Shown here one piece after another: positions 7,746-16,433 of a DNA stretch of 32,331 nucleotides (positions are counted from its first letter, which is position 1; each line of letters opens with the position of its first letter). The stretch spans positions 1 through 32,331 of IMG/VR virus record IMGVR_UViG_3300030330_002767. One strand, given 5' to 3'. A program made the translations under genes and the position numbers. Below the pieces are notes generated by a model. That model ran no database searches. It saw nothing but the letters and a program-made list of their open reading frames with translations, and had not been told where the DNA came from. This stretch comes from a virus. Its lineage: Duplodnaviria > Caudoviricetes.

Positions 7746-8522
7746 TTATCTACTTTTAAAAAACTCTCTTACTTTATTATAGTTTCTTTTGAAACTCTCT
7801 TGAAATTTTAAGTTCATAAGTCTATATTCTTTATTAAAATCTTTATCATTGTTTTTATTTGACAACTCAAAATCTATATTCTCTTTTCTTAATGGTATCA
7901 ACTGAGCAATTGGTGTTCCTGCTTTAATCATAAATTCACCACTTGTGCTATGCCAATGAACAGGAATATTAAGTTTTGCTAATCCTAATTCTGGTTCAAA
8001 TATGCCTGGGCAAACAGTAAATCGATAGTCGTCTTTATAAAAAGGATCTACCATTATGAGTTCCCAACCTTTTGGTATCTTAACATACCATGGTAGATTT
8101 ATTTTAAGAACTATTGATAATGTATCTTTTGGCCAATCATTCATAAACTGATGTAAACTTCCTTCAAAATGATGTGTAATAGTATTTTCACATATACCAT
8201 CTGACATTTCAATCCAATTAGATGGTGTATTCCATTCATAACCACCATCTTTATCTAATATTTTTAAATTAATATCACTATGATTTCGAACAATAAATCC
8301 TTTACTTTTGAGATTAATAATGCCTGGACATTTTGATGTATGTCTAATATCTAAATTACTATTCGCATATTCTTCCATTTCAGTTAAAGAACCAACAGTT
8401 TTAAGATGATTAGCAGCTTTTTTAACCCACCCATATTGTTGTTTACTTGCAGGTATAATAGGCATTGTTTCTTCAACACCCTCAATTACACTAATAAATT
8501 TTATATTATCCATATTTACCAA
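7746..8522 (-). CDS. Conserved phage hypothetical protein (possible DUF6065/dUTPase-like fold)
   Basis: KCPGI...GF, LPWYVKIPKGW, RFTVCPGI, IKAGTPIAQLIP. Confidence 0.6.
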   Translation of the reverse strand: MVNMDNIKFISVIEGVEETMPIIPASKQQYGWVKKAANHLKTVGSLTEMEEYANSNLDIRHTSKCPGIINLKSKGFIVRNHSDINLKILDKDGGYEWNTPSNWIEMSDGICENTITHHFEGSLHQFMNDWPKDTLSIVLKINLPWYVKIPKGWELIMVDPFYKDDYRFTVCPGIFEPELGLAKLNIPVHWHSTSGEFMIKAGTPIAQLIPLRKENIDFELSNKNNDKDFNKEYRLMNLKFQESFKRNYNKVREFFKSR

Positions 8523-8546
8523 ATATCTTCGTATTTATATGATAAT

Positions 8547-8575
8547 ATTATACTATATTTTTTTAGCTTTGTCAA
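8547..8575 (-). promoter_or_regulatory. Sigma70-type promoter, with a late TATAAATA at 8532-8539
   Basis: TTGACA-N17-TATAAT, exact consensus. Confidence 0.8.
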
Positions 8576-8702
8576 GGTCTGATCTACGAATTGTTGGATC
8601 ATATATTTCTTTTGTTTGTTCACAACCTGACATGAAACCAATGCCATAAGCACAAGCGATTAAAACGGCTACTGGTAAAAGAATGGTAAGTATTTCGTAC
8701 AT
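8553..8702 (-). CDS. 49-aa TM protein
   Basis: Manual: MYEILTILLPVAVLIACAYGIGFMSGCEQTKEIYD...; RBS AAGGAG. Confidence 0.6.
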   Translation of the reverse strand: MYEILTILLPVAVLIACAYGIGFMSGCEQTKEIYDPTIRRSDLDKAKKI

Positions 8703-8719
8703 AATAATCTCCTTATATT

Positions 8720-8985
8720 TGATGCCAGTTTCTGTTGCAAGGTACTGGCTAACCCCTAACGACCTAGGCCGCTAATGCAAAGTTATTATAGTTTGCGTTT
8801 ATATAAATTTTAAGTCTTTCGACTATCCTCTCCAATACGATTTCTAGTCAACGGTCGATCCTATTTCGCCCCCCTCATAAACACACTAACGATACTCTAC
8901 TAATATTAGCGATACTCTATTAGTGTGTTTATGGTGGAGGCGTAGGGTACTGCCCCCTAGTCCCTATTGTTTACTCTCATTATCT
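8720..8985 (-). ncRNA. ssrA: Two-piece (circularly permuted) tmRNA
   Basis: Acceptor piece GGGACTAGGGGGCAGTACCCTACGCCTCCACCA ends at 8932; intervening hairpin 8875-8932; coding piece starts GGGGGCGAAATAGGATCGAC at 8873. The acceptor stem has G3:U. Tag ORF 8796-8764 encodes ANYNNFALAA*. Outer boundaries are approximate. Confidence 0.92.
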
Positions 8986-9438
8986 TCACAGAGAATCTTT
9001 TAATGGTATTCTACTACCATCATGATTAAAAAATTGCCAGTCTAATCCATAACCTAATATACAACTTACATTTGAACCATTAGGTCCTAGACCAGGCATT
9101 GTCATTATAAAACTACCACTATTTCTTTCAGCATTATGACCAAAAGACAATATACCTAAAAGTTCACCAAATTCTTGTCCATTTTTTCTAATTTGTCCTA
9201 TCGCAACTTGTGATTCTCCCATCATATCTCTAGAGGCATCTAAGACAAATTCTGTTATACCACAGAAAACAGGAATATTTTGCTCTAATAAACCTTCATA
9301 TTGAAATTTAGGTTGAGGCGCTTCAGGTGGTAGTTCAGGTCCAGTATTAGGTATTGCTCTAACTTCTTTTGTAATAATCATGATAAAAATAATTATGAAA
9401 GCAAACTTCCAAAAATTACTCAGTTTTAAATATTTCAT
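8986..9438 (-). CDS. Hypothetical exported protein
   Basis: Signal peptide ending VRA; Cys pair (PVFC...SCIL) resembling 12713..13108. Confidence 0.7.
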   Translation of the reverse strand: MKYLKLSNFWKFAFIIIFIMIITKEVRAIPNTGPELPPEAPQPKFQYEGLLEQNIPVFCGITEFVLDASRDMMGESQVAIGQIRKNGQEFGELLGILSFGHNAERNSGSFIMTMPGLGPNGSNVSCILGYGLDWQFFNHDGSRIPLKDSL

Positions 9439-10138
9439 TGAACTCCTTTATTGCAGGTTCTAATAAAGGCAAATAATCTTTTTTATCTTTTATAAAACTT
9501 TGAGTGGCACCATCTTCGGTGACTATGAGAATTACAACTTGATCTATTTTTCCTTTAAATCTTTCTTCGTACATCTCACAATAAGCTGCACCTTGAATAA
9601 AATAGTTTTCTACCCATTCCTCTTTTTTTTCTTTTGAAGAGGTTTTGAAATCTATAACAGAAAGTTTACCTTCATATTCTGCTATACAGTCAACACGACC
9701 TGCAATTTTCCATTTATCGCTATATAGGCCGCCTTCTTGTAATACAATATTATTTATCTTATCAAGTTGAGGTTTTAGTAGGGTAAATAGTGCGACAGGT
9801 AGTACATCTTGTTTTGATAGTTCTTCATTATTTAAATAGTTCTCAACTAAAGTGTGTACAGCAGTTCCTCTTTTAGCTGCACCTCTCATAATATTATTTG
9901 CAACAGCATCACCTACTGATTCACGCCACTTAACTAAGCCTTCATTTTTTCTGGTTGATAAAACTGATGTAATCGAGGGATACTTATTACCCTCAGGTGT
10001 GATATAAAATCTTTTACCTTTTATTGTTTGAGTGGTGACATCTGGTAAACTAAAATTTTTATCGAAAGATGATAAGTCAACATGATTAAATGTTTTCATG
10101 TCGTACCTATCTTTTAAAAAGGCATTCATTTGATTCAT
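9416..10138 (-). CDS. PD-(D/E)XK exonuclease (T4-like phage exonuclease)
   Basis: YPSITSVL, RGTAVH, AGRVDCIAEY...VIDFKTS, YFIQGAAY. Confidence 0.88.
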   Translation of the reverse strand: MNQMNAFLKDRYDMKTFNHVDLSSFDKNFSLPDVTTQTIKGKRFYITPEGNKYPSITSVLSTRKNEGLVKWRESVGDAVANNIMRGAAKRGTAVHTLVENYLNNEELSKQDVLPVALFTLLKPQLDKINNIVLQEGGLYSDKWKIAGRVDCIAEYEGKLSVIDFKTSSKEKKEEWVENYFIQGAAYCEMYEERFKGKIDQVVILIVTEDGATQSFIKDKKDYLPLLEPAIKEFNEIFKTE

Positions 10139-10144
10139 AATATG

Positions 10145-10173
10145 ATTATAACAGATTTACTTGATTAAGTCAA
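10145..10173 (-). promoter_or_regulatory. Sigma70-type promoter (leaderless geometry)
   Basis: TTGACT-N17-TATAAT-N6-ATG(10138). Confidence 0.75.
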
Positions 10174-10669
10174 GCGCCATTTTAGTGGTTTCTTCAACTC
10201 GTCTAGTCCAACCTCTGCCAAAAGTTTCAAATGTAGATAAACCCTCGTAATATTCTTGTCTCATAGATTGGTATTTTTCTATTGTTTCTTCAATAGTATT
10301 TTCTTTTACATACTCATTTACTTTTGCCAAAGTCATAGGTCCAATACCACCATCTACTGTAGTGCCAATCATTCTTTGTAAGAATTTTGCTGCTCTACCT
10401 GGTCCTGCGTTTACACCAAAGTCAAATACACATAGGTCTAAACCACTAGGTAGATCATCACATTTCATTTTGCCCCAATATCTATCTATGTAAATAGGTG
10501 CAACATCAGCGACAACTAAATCTTTCATATCTTTTTTGCCACCATATTCTTCGTACACTTTTTTTGTTACGCCAAGATTTGTTTCGCCACCAGGATCTTT
10601 TGGGTGATTAACATATCCACCTTCGTGATGTAGTATTGCTTTCAAACTTGATTCTAAATTATCTTTCAT
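10157..10669 (-). CDS. Glycosyl hydrolase family 108 endolysin with peptidoglycan-binding domain
   Basis: HEGGYVNHPKDPGGETNLGVT, FDFGVNAG, DGGIGPMTL, FGRGWTRRV. Confidence 0.93.
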   Translation of the reverse strand: MKDNLESSLKAILHHEGGYVNHPKDPGGETNLGVTKKVYEEYGGKKDMKDLVVADVAPIYIDRYWGKMKCDDLPSGLDLCVFDFGVNAGPGRAAKFLQRMIGTTVDGGIGPMTLAKVNEYVKENTIEETIEKYQSMRQEYYEGLSTFETFGRGWTRRVEETTKMALDLIK

Positions 10670-11130
10670 TATTTTCCCCTTGTGATTGCTATAATTTTCT
10701 TTACTTGAGCTTCTATAACTTGAGCTCTATTAGGCCAATGTATATACGCTTCTGGTGATTTTGCTAATTTAATTAATAGAGGTATGATAAGTTTTTCTAA
10801 CTTAGAAAATTTATCTTTCATCTCTTTTCCTAAGTTGTCTTTTCTTAAATCATACTCATCATCCATTTGCTTTTTAGCAATATCTAACTCTGTTTGATTT
10901 TTTTCGTTTACTGCTGATTTAGTAGAGTTAATCGCTGATAAAACTTTATCTAGTTTACTCTCTAATCTATTTACAATATCGCTAGAAACAGCCTTGGCAG
11001 TTCCTTCTGCGGTTTGTTTTACTACTGTTTCTGTTTGTTTAGATTGTTCTTCAGATGGTTTTTCTTTGACAGAGGTAAAACCCCAATCGCCATCCATATC
11101 AAAACCTTCTAAAAAGTCAAAGTCTGCCAT
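10669..11130 (-). CDS. Hypothetical protein
   Basis: RBS AAAGGA; DWGFTSV...LIIPLLIKL...YIHWPNR; TAATG coupling to the lysin. Confidence 0.75.
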   Translation of the reverse strand: MADFDFLEGFDMDGDWGFTSVKEKPSEEQSKQTETVVKQTAEGTAKAVSSDIVNRLESKLDKVLSAINSTKSAVNEKNQTELDIAKKQMDDEYDLRKDNLGKEMKDKFSKLEKLIIPLLIKLAKSPEAYIHWPNRAQVIEAQVKKIIAITRGK

Positions 11131-11244
11131 ATATATTCCTTTAGTTGGTGTAGCTACACTCTTTTAGATACATTATCGGATTGACCACTCAGCTTCTTGA
11201 CCATCGCCTGGCGTGCTGTAGTTTCTCGATAGTATCACTTATAT

Positions 11245-11562
11245 TTATCTTCCACCACCTTTTAAAATACGGTTTGTGCGTTTTTTTCTAGCGGCTTCTA
11301 CTTGTGTTTGTCTTACTGTTTTTCTACCATATCTCTCTGCAAGTGGACTATTAGGGTGTGCTTCTGCAGCTTTAGATAATACTTCTTTAAAACCACTATC
11401 AGTTTTACTATCAATACTACCCACACTAGATACAATATTCATTTGTGTAGGTGGTAATAATTCAATGGTATCACTTTTAATAAGTTCTTCCATCTCAGAG
11501 ATTGTCATCAACTCTTCCCATATTTCACCTGTGTGATTATCTTTAAATCTATATGTGGGCAC
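11245..11562 (-). CDS. FmdB-like N-terminus protein (cysteine-less)
   Basis: MPTYRFKDNHTGE, GFKEVLSK...HP. Confidence 0.65.
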   Translation of the reverse strand: MPTYRFKDNHTGEIWEELMTISEMEELIKSDTIELLPPTQMNIVSSVGSIDSKTDSGFKEVLSKAAEAHPNSPLAERYGRKTVRQTQVEAARKKRTNRILKGGGR

Positions 11563-12016
11563 TCTCTTGTTGTCTCCATTCTTTTCTCATGTGTATATAT
11601 TTAGGGTCGTCTGTAACACGCCGTCTTGCATCTTTAAATATCTTTGCTGACTTTGCTTTATCACTCGTTGCCCAATCTTTTTCTTGTGGTCTCACTTGAC
11701 CTTTACTATCATATTTTTTACCGTCTTTGTGATTTGCATATCTTCTTGCTCTTGTAAAACCCATTTCTAAAAACTTTCTTGCCATATCCATACCTACAAA
11801 ATCATTTTGTTCTTTGTATTGATGATATAGAAATAATATTCTTGAAGCTGAAATATATGCTTCCATAGGTGTCTTGAAACGCCAATATTTGCATATGTCA
11901 TTTGTGTAAGGTCTCACCAATAACACACCTTGCTCACCACGACCTATTCTATATCTTTTATCGTTAGGTATAAACAAAGTATTTTTATAATCTAAATTAT
12001 AATCAAACTCAATCAT
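11549..12016 (-). CDS. DUF4385-like protein
   Basis: YRIGRGEQGVLLVRPY...WRFKT, DFVGMDMARKFLEMGFTRARRYANH. Confidence 0.85.
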   Translation of the reverse strand: MIEFDYNLDYKNTLFIPNDKRYRIGRGEQGVLLVRPYTNDICKYWRFKTPMEAYISASRILFLYHQYKEQNDFVGMDMARKFLEMGFTRARRYANHKDGKKYDSKGQVRPQEKDWATSDKAKSAKIFKDARRRVTDDPKYIHMRKEWRQQESAHI

Positions 12017-12177
12017 TTACATAAAAAACTTTTTGATTCTTCAGTACAAGCACAACCACCACCGATAGATCCATCACACTCCATACCATGTTGAAACCAT
12101 TTCTCAGGATAGTCTGTGAGAACTATACCACAAATCAGTAATACAGATATCGCTATTGCTAATAAAAATTCTTTCAT
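12013..12177 (-). CDS. 54-aa TM-anchored Cys-rich protein
   Basis: Manual: MKEFLLAIAISVLLICGIVLTDYPEKWFQHGMECDGSIGGGCACTEESKSFLCK*; ATGA overlaps at both ends. Confidence 0.65.
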   Translation of the reverse strand: MKEFLLAIAISVLLICGIVLTDYPEKWFQHGMECDGSIGGGCACTEESKSFLCK

Positions 12178-12320
12178 TTCTTCTTTTTATCTTCTTCTAA
12201 TATTTTATCTGCTAAACTTTCTAACTTATCTCTTTTACGCTGTACAGATTTTGGCACTTGCCTTGTTCTCTCAAACTTTTTATACTTTTCTATTATCGCT
12301 CTATTTTCACCTTTTACCAT
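12174..12320 (-). CDS. 48-aa basic protein
   Basis: Manual: MVKGENRAIIEKYKKFERTRQVPK...; stop overlaps the next start. Confidence 0.55.
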   Translation of the reverse strand: MVKGENRAIIEKYKKFERTRQVPKSVQRKRDKLESLADKILEEDKKKK

Positions 12321-12355
12321 TATCTCTTTTTTTTCTCCTTTCAACTACTGACATA

Positions 12356-12384
12356 ATTATAATACAAATAAGCATTACTGTCAA
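12356..12384 (-). promoter_or_regulatory. Sigma70-type promoter
   Basis: TTGACA-N17-TATAAT, exact consensus. Confidence 0.7.
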
Positions 12385-12424
12385 GCCTGTAAATAACAAA
12401 CCTATTCCTTGTAAGAATGTCATT

Positions 12425-12610
12425 TTATAATTTTTTTCTAACTTTGTTTAGTGTTGTAAAATAATAGTCTGTCAATTTTACATCAAACTCTGTACCATGT
12501 CTGTGTGTTGAATTTCTACTATCTTCCAATGTGTAAGATACAAAGATACCTAAAAATGTATTCTTAAATATTCTATAATCTTTACCTGTCTCTACACACT
12601 TATATTTCAT
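12425..12610 (-). CDS. Hypothetical protein
   Basis: ORF on the coding strand in a tightly packed gene run. Confidence 0.55.
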   Translation of the reverse strand: MKYKCVETGKDYRIFKNTFLGIFVSYTLEDSRNSTHRHGTEFDVKLTDYYFTTLNKVRKKL

Positions 12611-12712
12611 TTTCTTTTACCAGGCTTACCAGTTCTGTGATCTACTCTGCCTTTTCTTTTTGCCTTGTGTTTTGCTTTTCTTTTTTGTCGTCTTGCCTCG
12701 GTGACAACCTTT

Positions 12713-13108
12713 TTACTTGAAAACATCTCTATCTGGTTGATAGTATGTGTTAGGATCTAATTCTTCATTAAATAATAAATCTGTGCCCCAACTAGTGATA
12801 CAATAAACTAGATACTTTGGGTGATACTCTAAAGCAGTATAAGTTCTAGTCTCTGGATTTACATACAAAGCAAAAGTCAAATATTCTGGTAACTCTCTAT
12901 AAGTATTATTTGGTCCTTTTACTTTTGTAAATTGAACACTTGTCCATACAAGTTGCTGACCTTTTTCAACTATCTCGATAAATGTTTCATTGTGATCAGC
13001 ACACATTACAGGTTTTTCATTCCACTCAGCCGCTCTTGCAACACTTATGATACACATAAGTCCAATAGCGATTGACAACCATATTGAATAATATAAATAT
13101 CTCATCAT
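12713..13108 (-). CDS. Hypothetical exported protein
   Basis: Signal peptide; KPVMC...YCITSWG; RBS AAGGAGG. Confidence 0.75.
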   Translation of the reverse strand: MMRYLYYSIWLSIAIGLMCIISVARAAEWNEKPVMCADHNETFIEIVEKGQQLVWTSVQFTKVKGPNNTYRELPEYLTFALYVNPETRTYTALEYHPKYLVYCITSWGTDLLFNEELDPNTYYQPDRDVFK

Positions 13109-13290
13109 TCCTCCTTATCAGTTTGGCAAATTACACATTTACCTTCAACTAAATCACTTTCACAACTAGAGCATATCTCATAACTATATTTTACAGGATA
13201 TCTTGTTGTGCCATATTCTGCACTATCAGGTATTTTTTTCCACCACTCTTTTACATTTAAGTTAGGATTATGATACATATCTCTTGCCAT
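13105..13290 (-). CDS. Small zinc-finger-like protein
   Basis: CSSC...CVIC; probable start at ATG 13290 (TAATG coupling). Confidence 0.6.
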   Translation of the reverse strand: MARDMYHNPNLNVKEWWKKIPDSAEYGTTRYPVKYSYEICSSCESDLVEGKCVICQTDKEE

Positions 13291-13601
13291 TACCATATAT
13301 CCTCATATTTTCCTGCAGTTTCTTCATATTTAAATTGACCGCCAGGATGATAGTGTTTTCTTTTTTCTTCGTTCTTAAATACTACTACGGTTACAACAAT
13401 TGCCATAATTAAAATAAAGTGAGCAACTACTGTATAACCAAAGACTACAAAAGATCCAAAATATAATGAAAATGCAATACACCACATCCATGCTAGTAAT
13501 TGTATTGCTAAATGTCTTACTTGTAAATCAGGAATGTGTCTCAATGGATTCTTATCCATGTTCATAACACCCTCCCAACTATCGTGAATAAATCTTATCA
13601 T
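13290..13601 (-). CDS. Membrane protein
   Basis: NPLRHIPDLQVRH...LAWMWCIAF, two TM segments; probable start MIRFIH at 13601 (RBS GGGAG). Confidence 0.7.
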   Translation of the reverse strand: MIRFIHDSWEGVMNMDKNPLRHIPDLQVRHLAIQLLAWMWCIAFSLYFGSFVVFGYTVVAHFILIMAIVVTVVVFKNEEKRKHYHPGGQFKYEETAGKYEDIW

Positions 13602-14155
13602 GTTATACTCCCTATAAACCATTCTGGTGTTTGTCTATTAGTCCACTTAGCAAAGTATGCCTTTGCCTCATTATAATAATTTTTGTATGATTGTATAGAA
13701 TCACCAGGCACTATACATTGTGGAAAATGCGACATAGCAGGTGGTGGTTCTTGCCAACCTTTATCTTCTAAATTAACTGGTGGTTGTTTTAAAAGTTCTT
13801 TGAGCAGTTCAATTGTACTGTGGTCTTTTCCATATCTGTAAGTATATTCTCGTCCAAGCTCCCTGAACAAGTTGTACAACCAGTTGTAGTGTTGAGTAGA
13901 AGAACGAGCCCAAACAGCACTAGGATGGTGGTAATGCACCGCCTTATAGATAGTTGCTTCTTCATTTGGGTTAGGTAATCTATACCTTTGTACCTTTCTA
14001 CCTGTTTTAGATAGTGCTTGATATTTAACACCATCTATCATTCTTTTTGCTGTTGACAATAGTTGAGCATATTCTACTATCATCTTAACCACATGCTTAT
14101 CAACATGAAGTTCAGCACACACTTTCGGATCATTATGTAAATAAAATATATTCAT
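13598..14155 (-). CDS. Pyrimidine-dimer DNA glycosylase/endonuclease V-like family protein
   Basis: MNIFYL...HVDKHVVKMIVEYAQLLSTA, HPSAVWAR, EYTYRYGKDH, PPAM, YYNEAK...W. Confidence 0.75.
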   Translation of the reverse strand: MNIFYLHNDPKVCAELHVDKHVVKMIVEYAQLLSTAKRMIDGVKYQALSKTGRKVQRYRLPNPNEEATIYKAVHYHHPSAVWARSSTQHYNWLYNLFRELGREYTYRYGKDHSTIELLKELLKQPPVNLEDKGWQEPPPAMSHFPQCIVPGDSIQSYKNYYNEAKAYFAKWTNRQTPEWFIGSIT

Positions 14156-14161
14156 AATATT

Positions 14162-14190
14162 ATTATATCAGTTTAATTCTTTTTTGTCAA
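14162..14190 (-). promoter_or_regulatory. Sigma70-type promoter (leaderless geometry)
   Basis: TTGACA-N17-TATAAT-N6-ATG(14155). Confidence 0.85.
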
Positions 14191-14311
14191 CCCTCCTGAT
14201 ACTTCTCATAAGTTCTTGTAGTTTATCCATCCATATTCTTTTGAAATCTGGATCAGTAGCACCTTGATACATCTTGTATAAGTTTGCTGCTCGATGCCAA
14301 AACAAGTCCAT
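14168..14311 (-). CDS. 47-aa hypothetical protein
   Basis: Manual: MDLFWHRAANLYKMYQGATDPDFKRIWMDKLQELMR...; fills the gap. Confidence 0.55.
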   Translation of the reverse strand: MDLFWHRAANLYKMYQGATDPDFKRIWMDKLQELMRSIRRVDKKELN

Positions 14312-14312
14312 T

Positions 14313-15032
14313 CTATAACTCATATACACCTCTCAAATTATATTTAATTATTTCTTTTACTAACTCTGTATATGTGGGTTTACTAGCATATTTTGAGAGA
14401 TAGTCTGCAAGAACTAGAGCGTCATCAACACCTCTATCTCTTGCGGCTCTTAACTCTTTAAATGCCGATACATTATTTAGTATATGTAAATAGTCTATAA
14501 CACTCTCACATTTACTACTATACATTTTTACACCCCACCCAGGCCATTTAGTCCAAGGTATGGGTAGTAAATATGGTTCTTCTTTATCCCATGTTCGAAT
14601 ACCAAAAAGATTATTACCTTCATTTGCAAATCTTGATTTACCCCAACCAGTCTCTATGACTGCCTGAGCAATTATTAGTTCATTAGGTATATGATATTCT
14701 GGTTGTATATATCCATACAAATAATTAATACAACTATTTAAAGATTTTACAAACTTTTCGTTTGATGTTGTATCAACTTCTGGCAAGTTATATTCTTTTT
14801 CAACTGTTTTATGCACAGCATATTTTAGTTCTATTTCTCTGTAAGGAACTACAACTGCTTGTTTCCAGTCTTTCTCAATCTCTCTTAAATCACCTCTTAA
14901 ACTTTCATCAAAAACAGGTGTTTCAATCTCATCATAAAAATCAGGACATCCGTCATCTGTACAGTTGTATTTTTCGTTATACTTACTAATCCCAAAAGCG
15001 ATTAGAGCAATCATTAAAGTTATTTTAAACAT
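14313..15032 (-). CDS. GH73 glucosaminidase (Bax/FlgJ-like) with N-terminal membrane anchor
   Basis: IIAQAVIETGWGKSRFANEGNNLFGI, Y...LN, YA...Y. Confidence 0.85.
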   Translation of the reverse strand: MFKITLMIALIAFGISKYNEKYNCTDDGCPDFYDEIETPVFDESLRGDLREIEKDWKQAVVVPYREIELKYAVHKTVEKEYNLPEVDTTSNEKFVKSLNSCINYLYGYIQPEYHIPNELIIAQAVIETGWGKSRFANEGNNLFGIRTWDKEEPYLLPIPWTKWPGWGVKMYSSKCESVIDYLHILNNVSAFKELRAARDRGVDDALVLADYLSKYASKPTYTELVKEIIKYNLRGVYEL

Positions 15033-15306
15033 TGATAAGTTTCTTTAACTCCTTTTTAGTCGCATACGGTTTATATAAACTACATTTGAACCATCTAAAT
15101 TTTGGTGTTGGTGTAGCAGGACCTTCCATTGCAAGTTCATTTTTTGCTTCTGCATAAATGACCTTTTTCATAAACAAAGAAAGAGCTGCGTCATACTCTT
15201 TACAAGGTTTATAACTTGTTCTATCTCGTTTAGGCGTTTCATAAACACCTTTACGATTTTCTATGATAGCCTTGATAATCTTTTTTTCGTATCTATCAAA
15301 TTTCAT
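15025..15306 (-). CDS. Hypothetical protein
   Basis: ORF in a packed run with an RBS. Confidence 0.65.
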   Translation of the reverse strand: MKFDRYEKKIIKAIIENRKGVYETPKRDRTSYKPCKEYDAALSLFMKKVIYAEAKNELAMEGPATPTPKFRWFKCSLYKPYATKKELKKLINV

Positions 15307-15308
15307 AA

Positions 15309-15524
15309 TTAAGATATCCTTTCATATTTAACTTCTTCAAGACCACAAGGTCCACCAACAAGTAGTTCTTCACCGACTTGTAACATAGCAAAATCTTTTT
15401 CCCACTCGTCTCCCATGTAGGCGTCTAGACCCCATGTGCTAAGTTCTTTTAGTGAATGAATTGCTGTTGAACCATCGTTGTCGCCATATCCAGACAACCA
15501 GGTAACTTTAAATTTTTTGTTCAT
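15309..15524 (-). CDS. Hypothetical protein
   Basis: ORF in a packed run downstream of an early promoter. Confidence 0.65.
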   Translation of the reverse strand: MNKKFKVTWLSGYGDNDGSTAIHSLKELSTWGLDAYMGDEWEKDFAMLQVGEELLVGGPCGLEEVKYERIS

Positions 15525-15638
15525 TTTTTGATATCTCGTTTCTTTTATTTATCTAGTTCTTCTAAACCTTCTAGTGCAAAGTCAGACCAAATACCGTTTT
15601 CTTCTGTTTTCATAATATATCCTTTCGATTATGATTAT

Positions 15639-15667
15639 ATAATACACTATATTGAGATATAAATCAA
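15639..15667 (-). promoter_or_regulatory. Sigma70-type promoter
   Basis: TTGATT-N17-TATTAT, followed by RBS AAAGGA and a 22-aa ORF (15613-15545). Confidence 0.6.
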
Positions 15668-15681
15668 GCACTTTCTGGTAT

Positions 15682-15826
15682 AAAAAACCCTTGTTTTCTG
15701 CGTTTTTTAGGAATAATTTGCATAAAAAAACCCTTGAAAATCAACGATTTAAGAGTGTCTTAAACTGTTGAAAAACAAGGGTTTTTAATAGGGGGTCCTA
15801 GGTATATTACAGAAATAACCCCTATG
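15682..15826. repeat. Nested inverted repeats containing the AAAAACCCTTG motif
   Basis: Motif at 15683-15693 and 15726-15736, reverse complement at 15776-15786; long hairpin 15726-15786; second hairpin ATAGGGG/CCCCTAT 15788-15825. Confidence 0.75.
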
Positions 15827-15828
15827 TT

Positions 15829-16404
15829 TTACTCTTTTTTCATAAAATCATCATTCCAATTGAATGCTTCTTTTACTAGGTTAGCAGTAAATCCTTTATA
15901 TTTGTTATTAACTTTTTTATTCACAACTGTTACCAAGAAGTCGGCTTCATCGCCAGATAATCCTTCTAACATTTGTATAAACAAAGTTTCTCTTTTATTT
16001 TGTGTTAAAGTATTATCGCCACCTTTTGTAAACAGATATAATCTTTTTGCTTCTTGTTGCAGTAGTGTATGTTCTGTTCCTATTGGGGCATCATTTCTAT
16101 TATATGGTATGTCATCACCTTTTGGTAATAACCACTCTATCTTTGGATCAAAAGCACCTTTTAAAACTTGTCTCAAAGCCACAGAATCATGATCTTTTAA
16201 TACTTTAAGTTTTCTAGGTTTATCTTTTGCATTATTTACTTTTGTAGCAATCTCATTCATTAGAGGTGGTACAGCTCTGCCTGTATCTGCTAGTGCTTGC
16301 ATTCCTCTTTTAGTTGATAGTGCTGGATGAGATGGTGTGTTCATATTCATACCACCTTCTTGACTGGCGATTGAGCCGTCAGGATTTCTTCTTATAATAA
16401 CCAT
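15829..16404 (-). CDS. Conserved T4-like hypothetical protein downstream of RNase H
   Basis: ALRQVLKGAFDPKIEWLLPKG...PY, KRETLFIQMLEGL...EA; RBS AAGGAG. Confidence 0.8.
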   Translation of the reverse strand: MVIIRRNPDGSIASQEGGMNMNTPSHPALSTKRGMQALADTGRAVPPLMNEIATKVNNAKDKPRKLKVLKDHDSVALRQVLKGAFDPKIEWLLPKGDDIPYNRNDAPIGTEHTLLQQEAKRLYLFTKGGDNTLTQNKRETLFIQMLEGLSGDEADFLVTVVNKKVNNKYKGFTANLVKEAFNWNDDFMKKE

Positions 16405-16433
16405 TTGTTTCTCCTTAACAGTTCTTTCGAAGT

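Noticed and set aside
9416-10138. Cas4-like nuclease as evidence of a CRISPR system
   Set aside because: No repeat-spacer array or other cas genes are visible; this is a common T4-like exonuclease.
11170-11230. Hammerhead ribozyme in the lysin-operon leader
   Set aside because: GAAAC and CTGA are present, but the CUGAnGA core and three-stem arrangement are not satisfied.
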